DNA of 29,964 nt. Origin: Macrostomum lignano. Taxonomy: Eukaryota. Made by a program: the position numbers and the translations under genes. A model generated the notes under the pieces. That model ran no database searches, was not told where the DNA came from, and was given only the letters and a program-made list of their open reading frames with translations. The stretch's first letter is position 1, and each line of letters opens with the position of its first letter. This document shows, one piece after another, positions 21,886 through 29,964 of the stretch. The stretch lies in NCBI GenBank assembly GCA_002269645.1, contig NIVC01004965.1, forward strand, positions 1 to 29,964, in the 5' to 3' direction.

Positions 21886-22534
21886 CTGCGGGAGAGTCCA
21901 GATGGGCTTTTATTGATGAAGGCAGCTTAGCTTCGCGTTCGGGATCAAGAATATCGATCTTTAAAGTAGGGAACAGATTCTCAATACGGGATTTTGAACT
22001 AATCTGCAACACCCTATTTGAAGGACTGCGTAAGTGAGGATTCTCAAACTCAGTCACACACCAATCCCTAGGATGCAGGGTGAATGCTAGATAAAGAGTC
22101 CAGCTCATGACTGCGGCCAGATGAGAGAGGAAAGGAAAAAGATGAGAGATGACATGAGAAAAAGAAGACTCAAATCTATATGAGATTTATGTAGAGCTTA
22201 AACAAGGGCCGCATGTGAACTCAGGGAGATGTGCAATGGTCATTGCCTTCTTCCAGAGACATATTTCACTACACCGTGGTTGCTCTCCCATCTGCCCCTT
22301 TTGCGATCTAGAAGAGGGCGGCGCATCACGGCCTCGCGGCCTATTCGCGGCGCTCTGCTCCCCCGTCAGTAGTAAGTAAACAAGTAGTATGTGGCCCCGT
22401 GGACCTTATGGAAGCAAATGGGGTTTCAGGAGACAAGCTCAAAATTTGGGATTTTTTAGGAAGCACACTCCGATCCCCAAAAGCTAGGATTCTAGGAATC
22501 AGCGAATTATAACAGCTAGCCTTAGTCAGCTCAC

Positions 22535-23189
22535 CTGTGCACATAACGGCGTGCAGATTGGCTCCGCCGATAGCGCGATCGCCGTTGAACACAGGCATCT
22601 GGCAGCAGTTGGAGTTGCTGCACACCAGCTTGCCGCAGGCCAGGCACTTGGCCGGCTGGAGACTTCGGCCGGCCGGGCCCGGGCCAGCGCCGGACGGGCA
22701 CTGGAAGTCGCTGCACTCCAGCAGCAGGTCGGTATAGTCGGTAGGCAAGCTGACCAGCCGGGCCGCCTGCCTGGGATACCTGACAGCCGGGCTGGCAGCT
22801 CTGGCCTGCAGCCTGGCAGAGTCTTGGCACCACAGGGACACCAGCTGCTCTGTGGGCAGGTCGCACGGCCGGCGGGGCAGCTGCAGCAGGCCGGCCAGCC
22901 AGGCGAACTCCGCCTCGGCCGAGGACGCAGGCTCCGGCTCCGACGGCGCCGGGGCGTCGGTCAGGGCGCGATAGAAAATGGCGGCGCAACGGAGCAGCGG
23001 CAGGCAGGCGGCGGCGACTTGATCGGCCAGGCCGGGGCCGGACAAGGCGGCTGGCGGCAGGCCGACGGCGCTGCGGCACTGGCGGACCAGCCGGTCGAGT
23101 TTCCGACAGTCGCTGTCGTCTCCAGAGGCGTCGGCATCGGAGTCGGCGTTAGTGGAAGCGTCGGGATCGCTCGGCAAGGTGAGGCAGAT
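22535..23189 (-). CDS. UBR1: UBR1/UBR2-type E3 ligase exon (C-terminal Cys-rich region)
   Basis: AACLPLLRCAAIFY, LVSLPTDYTDLL, CQCP..PAKCLACGKLVCSNSNCC..GGANLHAVMC. AG at 23191-23190, GTGAG donor at 22534; 655 nt = phase 0 to phase 1. Confidence 0.9.
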
Positions 23190-23264
23190 CTGCCGGGGTT
23201 GGTTGGGACGGCGGATATGAGGGAGTTCTGCTATAAGAAATCGAAGTTTACCCTATCTAGGAAT

Positions 23265-24000
23265 CAGGATTCCCTTACTTGAGACGGGGATTCCCCTACA
23301 AGAAATCGGGATTTCGCCTATAAGAAATGGGATTTCCCTACTAGAAATAGGTATCCCCTACTATAAATGGGGATTTCCCTACTAGAATTCGGGATTCCCC
23401 GACTAGAAATCGGATTTTCCCCTACTAGAAATAGGGTCTCCCTACTAGAAATCGAGATTTCCCTACAAGAAATCGGGATTTCCCTACAAGAAATCGGGAT
23501 ATCCCCTATTAGAAATCGGGATTCCCCTACTAGAAATAGGGATTTTCCTTCTATGAAACGGGATTCCCCTACTAAGAATCGGGATTTTCCTTCTATAAAA
23601 CGGGATTCCCCTACTAAGAATCGGGATTTTCTTCTATGAATCGGGATTCCCCTACTAAGAATCGGGATTTTACTTTTATGAATCGGGATTCCCCTACTAA
23701 GAATCGGGATTTTACTTTTATGAATCGGGATTCCCTACTAAGAATCGGGATTTTACTTTTATGAAACGGGATTCCCCTACTAAGAATCGGGATTTTCTTC
23801 TATGAATCGGGATTCCCCTACTAAGAATCGGGATTTTACTTTTATGAATCGGGATTCCCCAACTAGGAATCGGGATTTTCCTTCTTTGAATCGGGATTCC
23901 CCAACTAGGAATCGGGATTTTCCTTCTTTGAATCGGGATTCCCCAACTAGGAATCGGATCTTCCTTCTTTGAATCGGGATTCCCCAACTAGGAATCGGGA
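23265..24000. repeat. ~20-23 bp minisatellite (AATCGGGATTCCCCTACTAAG alternating with AATCGGGATTTTACTTTTATG, ~42 bp dimer), UBR intron
   Basis: Direct reading. Confidence 0.93.
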
Positions 24001-24049
24001 TTCATGGTTTCTCCTATCGGATATTGAGGAATTTCAATCAAATACAAAC

Positions 24050-24508
24050 CTGAAAAACGTGCGCCCCGGCAACCAGGCGAATCAGGCGACACAGATCGGC
24101 ATCCGAGCAGTCGGGCGGCTGCCCGGCCATGCGGTACAGGCAGTAGGTGAGCTGCACCAGACAGGTGGACATGTCCGCCTCTAGCAGACAGGGCAGAGGC
24201 AGATTGGGACGCTGGAGATGCAGCAGCAGGCTCAGGTTATTAATAGCCAGCTGATGCAACCGGTCGAAATCCGAGTCCGAAGCGACCGGCCGCTGAGCCA
24301 CTGCGCGGACGAGGGCGGCCAGGCCGACCGCGCATCGCTCCGGCAGGGCGGAGAACAGCGGCCGCTCCGTGGCCCGGCCGGCAGTCTCGGCCGCCTGCAG
24401 GCTAAATGCCACCGTCAGGAGCAGCGGGTCGGCTTTTTCTGGCAGCTTCCAGCCTGTCGGCATCAGCTCAGGCGGCAGGTCGGCGCCCAGACCGCGAACC
24501 TCGCACAC
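24050..24508 (-). CDS. UBR1: UBR1/UBR2-type E3 ligase exon
   Basis: TVAFSLQAAE..RPLFSALPER..GLAALVRA and LIRLVAGAHVFQ (joins ICLT, compare UBR1 AHxxQIL). 459 nt, phase 0/0, canonical AG/GT. Confidence 0.85.
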
Positions 24509-24675
24509 CTGGGTATAACAAATTAATATTTGCAGAAGGCTTCTGAAGCCAGCGCTGAGGCGAGTCTGCCTGACCCGATGAATACGGTAACAGCAGAGTC
24601 GTTGCAGGTAACACACAGGTAAAAATAGGAAAGAAGTGACTCTAGACGACTTGAAACCAACGATATATGACGGTA

Positions 24676-24984
24676 ATAATATAATAATTTTTTAAACCTG
24701 CCTTAATAGGGCCAGATGAGCAACCGACAGCTCAGCCGCAGCTATTGCGCGGCGCATCTGAAGGCTGCGTACGGCTGTTCAGTCCAAGGACTGGGGGGTC
24801 GCCACACACCCTCAATTACCCCAGCTAATGCTGGCACCCATTTTACAGCTGGGTGAACTGAAGCAATGCAGAGTTAAGTGTCTTGCTCAAGGACACAAAT
24901 TGTTCCAGTGGGAACGAGAATCGAACCCCGGACCTTTCAGTCGTGAGTCCGATGCTCTGACCACTAGGCTACAACCCCATAATC
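24676..24984 (-). mobile_element. tRNA-derived CORE-type (MIR-like) SINE in UBR intron
   Basis: Minus strand: A box TAGCCTAGTGG (24971-24961), B box GGTTCGATTC (24927-24918), CORE-like TGTGTCCTTGAGCAAGACACTTAAC (24897-24873) and CAGCTGTAAAATGG, then an (ATT)-rich tail. Possible 6-bp TSD ACGGTA at 24670-24675 and 24985-24990. Confidence 0.82.
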
Positions 24985-24999
24985 ACGGTATAAGTCGCC

Positions 25000-25239
25000 A
25001 AAGAGTCGCCTAACAGTCAATTTGAAAGGTATTATTGTCCGCGACTTCAAAACGACTCTGAGGCCGTAGAGCCGTACCTGAGGCGTGCTGGGTCGCTGCA
25101 GAATCACCGACTTGCGTCTAAAGCGCATCTGCGTCACTTGATGAATTAGAATCGCATTCATTTCGCATCTAAAACAATTCTATTTAGATAGAAAGTCAAT
25201 CGCTCTTAGACTCTTCCGACGACTTTTAAGCGACTCTTT
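25000..25239. mobile_element. MITE-like element with imperfect 19-bp inverted repeats
   Basis: AAAGAGTCGCCTAACAGTC (25000-25018) versus the reverse complement of 25221-25239, AAAGAGTCGCTTAAAAGTC (17/19). Extra GAGTCGC/GCGACT motifs nearby; no clear TSD. Confidence 0.45.
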
Positions 25240-25421
25240 TACGATTCTGCAACTCACGTGAGCCGCTCGTGACTCTTGATTGCATTTTCAACGCTTGAGT
25301 CGCCAGGCATGTACACTCCCTGTGCCTTGGGTGGGGGCTGTCCCTCTTTCATATGAGTGTGAATCGCAAGCCCCACATAAATGTGGCCTCACAAATCATA
25401 TCGAACCCAACTCGCGCATAC

Positions 25422-26017
25422 CTTGGCCAAATTGTTCAGCGCCTGCGCAGCTTCGGCGCCGGGCCAGGAGTTGTCGTCGTGATTTTTTCTAAAAGCGACA
25501 ACTCTAGACTCGGCGGCGGCTTGCGGCGGCCATTTTGGCAGGCCGGCTGCGACCCCGTCCCGGATGCTTGACAGCCAGCTGTCGAAGCGGCCGCTGTCAG
25601 CGTTGGCATCGAACTGGTGCTGCTGCTGCTGCTCAGCTGAACACGGCAGGCTGGGGGCAACAGGCAGGGCGCAGTTGCACAGCTGCTGGCACAGAGGGCA
25701 CAGGTAGCGGCTGCGGCCGAGCTCGCCGCCCCGGTTCACGTGCACATTAGACGGCGAGTCCATGAAGTCCGAATAGCAGGACCGGTGCATGGCGTGGCCG
25801 CACGACGAGAAATGCGAGCCTTCCAATAGTTCGGCCTCGACAAAGCAGCCGGACCAGTCGGTGTCGCGGGACCGGCCTCGGTCCTGGCTGAGCACGGTGG
25901 AGCGCTGCACCAGTCCGGCTAGAAGCATGGGGTCCCTGGAGTCGGGCCGGTTGGCCTCCTGGCACAGCAGGCAGGTCAGGCCCGGCTGCGGCTCGTGCGC
26001 CACCGTGCGATTGGGGC
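25422..26017 (-). CDS. UBR1: UBR1/UBR2-type E3 ligase exon containing the RING-H2 domain
   Basis: GPNR..TCLLCQE..LAGLVQRSTVL..SSCGHAMHRSCY..YLCPLCQQLCNCALPV is the UBR1/2 split RING-H2. 596 nt, phase 1 to 0, canonical sites. Confidence 0.93.
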
Positions 26018-26159
26018 CTGCGAAGATTGGGGTGGGGGAGGATGGTTTTGATTAATTTGCTATCTGCGCTACTATAAGTAGGCGATGGCCTAGCAATTTT
26101 TAATTTAGGTAATTTCGACTAGTAAATGTGAAATACCAGTTGAGGAATGTGAACTGCCG

Positions 26160-27310
26160 GAAAAGGAGTGTGAAATGTTGATAAAGGAATGTGAAATGTC
26201 GCTAAAGGAGTGTGAAATGTTGATAAAGGAGTGTGAAATGTTGATAAACGAGTGTGAAATGTTGATAAAGGAGTGTGAAATGTTGATAAAGGAGTGTGAA
26301 ATGTTGATAAAGGAGTGTGAAATGTTGATAAAGGAATGTGAAATGTTGATAAAGGAGTGTGAAATGTCGATAAAGAGTGTGAAATGTTGATAAAGGAGTG
26401 TGAAATGTTGATAAAGGAGTGTGAAATGTTGATAAAGGAGTGTGAAATGTTGATAAACGAGTGTGAAATGTTGATAAAGGAGTGTGAAATGTTGATAAAG
26501 GAGTGTGAAATGTTGATAAAGGAATGTGAAATGTTGATAAAGGAGTGTGAAATGTTGATAAAGGAATGTGAAATGTCGCTAAAGGAGTGTGAAATGTTGA
26601 TAAAGGAGTGTGAAATGTTGATAAAGGAGTGTGAAATGTTGATAAAGGAGTGTGAAATGTTGATAAACGAGTGTGAAATGTTGATAAAGGAGTGTGAAAT
26701 GTTGATAAAGGAGTGTGAAATGTTGATAAAGGAATGTGAAATGTTGATAAAGGAGTGTGAAATGTTGATAAAGGAATGTGAAATGTCGCTAAAGGAGTGT
26801 GAAATGTTGATAAAGGAGTGTGAAATGTTGATAAAGGAGTGTGAAATGTTGATAAAGGAATGTGAAATGTCGCTAAAGGAGTGTGAAATGTTGATAAAGG
26901 AGTGTGAAATGTCGCTAAAGGAGTGTAAAATGTCGATAAAGGAGTGTGAAATGTTGATAAAGGAGTGTGAAATGTTGATAAAGGAATGTGAAATGTCGCT
27001 AAAGGAGTGTGAAATGTTGATAAAGGAGTGTGAAATGTTGATAAACGAGTGTGAAATGTTGATAAAGGAGTGTGAAATGTTGATAAAGGAGTGTGAAATG
27101 TTGATAAAGGAGTGTGAAATGTTGATAAAGGAGTGTGAAATGTTGATAAAGGAGTGTGAAATGTTGATAAAGGAGTGTGAAATGTTGATAAAGGAGTGTG
27201 AAATGTTGATAAAGGAGTGTGAAATGTTGATAAACGAGTGTGAAATGTTGAAAAGGAGTGTGAAATGTTGATAAAGGAGTGTGAAATGTTGATAAAGGAA
27301 TGTGAAATGT
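26160..27310. repeat. 21 bp minisatellite (GAGTGTGAAATGTTGATAAAG), ~54 copies, with a 210 bp higher-order duplication, UBR intron
   Basis: Direct reading. Diagnostic variants AAACGAG (26455, 26665) and TCGCT (26577, 26787) are 210 bp apart. Confidence 0.96.
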
Positions 27311-27401
27311 AGGTTAATAAATGTGAGAGGTTGGTGAGAAATGTGAAATGCCAGTACAGGTGAAGTGTCATAAAGTAGAAACCGAAGCCCCCAGGCCTCA
27401 C

Positions 27402-28216
27402 CAATAAGCGGTCCGTCGGACCGTCGACCAGCAGAAGTCGACTCTGTCGAATTCTCCGACGCTGTCGCTCCGCCGCTTTTATCGTCGGCCTGTTCAACCA
27501 AGTCGCCGTACTCGGCCAGGAAGTTCTTCTGCATTCGCATCATCTTGGCCATCAGGCGGTCCCGCCGATCCTGAGCCAGCTTCTGCTGCTGACGCCGACG
27601 AACCTCGGCCTCGGCGGCGTCCCTGGCCGCGTCCAGGCCGCCCGAGCCGCCACCGCCGACTTCTCCAGCCTCGTTGCCGCCACTTTCGCCGCCTTCGCCC
27701 TGACCGGTGCACAGTCGGCGAAGCCTCGCCAAAGTATAGCCGTGCAGCTGCCTGACTGAGTCCATCGCCAGGCGCGATTTCGGCACCGACTCCATCGCCG
27801 ACATCAAGCTGGCCTCGCCGATGCCAGACAGCACGCAGTCGAGAAATCGTCGATCGCCCCGACGTTGGTCTTCGTCAAGGCCTACTAGCATCAGGTAGAG
27901 GACTCGTTCCAGCTGCACCTCCGACCAATGCCGCTTCGAGCTGGCGCCGGCGTCCTTGGTTGCCTGGACAACGGCACGCATCAGGCCGAGCATGACGTCG
28001 CAGTGCAGCAATTCAACAATCGGCTGGTAGGCTGCGGCAAAGGCCGGCAGCTGCGGCGGCCGAACAATTGGCAGGTCGGCGGCTGGCGTAGCTGCCCGCC
28101 GTTTCGGTCATGCTGTGCAGCGCCTTGGAGGTGGCCGACTTGGCCAGGCGCGGGTAGAACGGATTGAACCGGCTGTAGTGCTGCTCGCGCAGGTGGAACT
28201 CGCCTTTGTTTTGGCC
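27402..28216 (-). CDS. UBR1: UBR1/UBR2-type E3 ligase exon (pre-RING, basic region), one net frameshift near 28075-28115
   Basis: GEFHLREQHYSRFNPFY..SKA, then PPQLPAFAAAYQPIVELLHCDVM and RRDRLMAKMMRMQKNFL (compare UBR1 RQKIMAQMSALQKNFI). Acceptor at 28218-28217; donor G/GTGAGG at 27401. Confidence 0.88.
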
Positions 28217-28289
28217 CTGACAGTGCAGGTTAGAAATAATGTACATTCATTTTGTGTGTTAACTAGCAGGCCATCACTGCCCAAATCTT

Positions 28290-28635
28290 CGGTACTTCAG
28301 CGGGTACCCCTCAGGTATTTCAGCGGGTACCCGTCAGGTATTTCAGCGGGTACCCCTCAGGTATTTCAGCGGGTACCCTCAGGTATTTAAGCGTGTACCT
28401 TCAGTTACTTCAGCGGGTACCCTCAGATACTTCAGCCGGTACCCTCAGATACTTCAGCGGGTACCCCTCAGGTATTTCAGCGGGTACCCCTCAGGTGTTT
28501 AAGCGGTTACCCCTCTGGTATTTACTGTAAGCCGGTGCCCTCAGATACTTCAGCCGGTACCCTCAGATACTTCAGCCGGTACCCTCAGATACTTCAGCCG
28601 GTACCCTCAAGCACTTCAGCCGGTGCCCTCAGACA
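28290..28635. repeat. 22-23 bp minisatellite (GTACCCCTCAGGTATTTCAGCGG), ~15 copies, UBR intron
   Basis: Direct reading. Confidence 0.92.
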
Positions 28636-28742
28636 CTGATTACGAAAAAGCCCACACTTTTAGCGAGTCAAAGGTTGACACTCAGTTACCTTAACTCGCT
28701 ACTGACAGTAGCAACTACGGAAAGCATAAAACCCAGACGCAC

Positions 28743-29402
28743 CTGGACCCCCCGGAACTCGGCCAGCTTGTCAATAACTCCGTCCAATTTAGCAAAGCAC
28801 TCCAGCTGCCTATCAGCCGCTGGCAATTTCCGCACTAAATCGTTAGCCAATCGCAGCAGTTTAGAATGCGACTGCGGCTCCGCAACCAGATGCTGCAACA
28901 AATCTTCTTCAACCATTTCCATAAAGGCTACAGACTGGCCAACGCCCGGCACTCTACGTTCGCACACCACATTGATGAGGCAGCGCAGCATCTCTTCAAC
29001 AATAGACCGTTCGGCCTCATTGTCGTAGCGCTCGGCGGCAGATTCACTAGAACTCGCAGCTCCCAGAGTCCAGCGTTGCAATTCGAAAGCGTCCAGCAGG
29101 CGCAGTATGAACTGGTCTGGCGGCACCGTGGCAGCGGCCAGTTGCACCAGGTGCAGGTCTCTGAGGGACATGCCGACGCGGCTGACTGGTGGCTGCTGTA
29201 CTGCAGGTTCACATTCATCAGGGCCAAGCCGTTGCGTTTCCACAGGCCGGCGGCGATCTGGGCTGACCAAGCCAGCTGCCTGGCGGATGTCAGCCAGGCG
29301 ATCTCGAAGCCCGGCCGGTTGGCCAGCAGCTCCAGCTGACGGCGGCACTGCGGCGAAGCCTCGTGATTGGCCATGGTGCAGGCCAGCAGTGAGTCCAGGA
29401 AT
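28743..29402 (-). CDS. UBR1: UBR1/UBR2-type E3 ligase internal exon, one 1-bp deletion near 29188
   Basis: AWSAQIAAGLWKRNGLAL (compare AQVxAxMWRRNGxSL) then MSLRDLHLVQ..FILRLLDAFEL..EEMLRCLINVVCERRVPGVG. 660 nt + 1 restores the phase. Upstream exons (UBR box) lie beyond the window end. Confidence 0.88.
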
Positions 29403-29427
29403 CTGAGTAGGGGTGATGGAGAAACTT

Positions 29428-29920
29428 GTGGCAGTGAGATTCTGAGATGGGAGATTTCCAACAGTTTTTGAGCAGTGAGATTCTGAGATGGGAGATTTCT
29501 AACAGTTTTTGAGCAGTGAGATTCTGAGATGGGAGATTTCCAACAGTTTTTGAGCAGTGAGATTCTGAGATGGGAGATTTCCAACAGTTTTTGAGCAGTG
29601 AGATTCTGAGATGGGAGATTTCTAACAGTTTTTGAGCAGTGAGATTCTGAGATGGGAGATTTCTAACAGTTTTTGAGCAGTGAGATTCTGAGATGGGAGA
29701 TTTCCAACAGTTTTTGAGCAGTGAGATTCTGAGATGGGAGATTTCTAACAGTTTTTGAGCAGTGAGATTCTGAGATGGGAGATTTCTAACAGTTTTTGAG
29801 CAGTGAGATTCTGAGATGGGAGATTTTCCAAAGTTTTTGAGCAGTGAGATTCTGAGATGGGAGATTTCCAACAGTTTTTGAGCAGTGAGATTCTGAGATG
29901 GGACACTTCAAACAGTGAGA
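29428..29920. repeat. 41 bp minisatellite (CAGTGAGATTCTGAGATGGGAGATTTCCAACAGTTTTTGAG), ~12 copies, UBR intron
   Basis: Period 29473 to 29514. Confidence 0.95.
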
Positions 29921-29964
29921 TTTTAAAGTTTGAGACTTTGATTAAATAGAGATAAAGAATATCG

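Noticed and set aside
21886-22108. In-frame upstream extension of the last UBR exon (MSWTLYLAFTLHPRDW...)
   Set aside because: UBR homology begins exactly at the CCCGCAG acceptor at 21886, with the phase matching the previous donor; the extension has no UBR similarity.
24900-24978. tRNA gene
   Set aside because: Has A/B boxes but no complete cloverleaf or acceptor stem, and continues into a CORE segment; it is a SINE head.
26175-27271. (MLIKECE)n coiled-coil-like ORF
   Set aside because: Antisense translation of the 21-bp intronic array.
28928-29871. ORFs extending through the 41-bp repeat
   Set aside because: Only 29402 downward is exonic (acceptor CTACTCAG); the rest is repeat translation.

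Overview
Eukaryotic (animal) genomic DNA. GC-rich spliced exons are separated by AT-richer introns and intergenic DNA packed with about 18 different micro/minisatellite arrays. This style resembles the flatworm Macrostomum lignano, but that is an inference and not provable here. Four protein-coding genes are supported: (1) the 3' part (3 exons, + strand, 272-3807) of a CocE/NonD (peptidase S15-like) serine hydrolase; (2) a two-exon white-type ABCG half transporter (- strand, 8192-4850); (3) a two-exon signal peptide-LRR-transmembrane protein of about 468 aa (+ strand, 16019-17954); (4) the last six exons of a UBR1/UBR2-type N-recognin E3 ligase (- strand, 29402-21635). Also present are a tRNA-derived CORE-type SINE, a MITE-like inverted-repeat element and a short non-LTR retrotransposon remnant. 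Several exons carry frameshifts that are almost all single-base deletions, most simply read as long-read consensus errors. Most long ORFs in the supplied track are translations of tandem repeats. There is no CRISPR array and no prokaryotic operon, and I found no demonstrably new system. The best leads are the intron-containing bacterial-type hydrolase and non-random features of the satellites: a shared GGGA(A)TTCCC-like core, placement just after stop codons, an inverted array pair and a chained hairpin junction.
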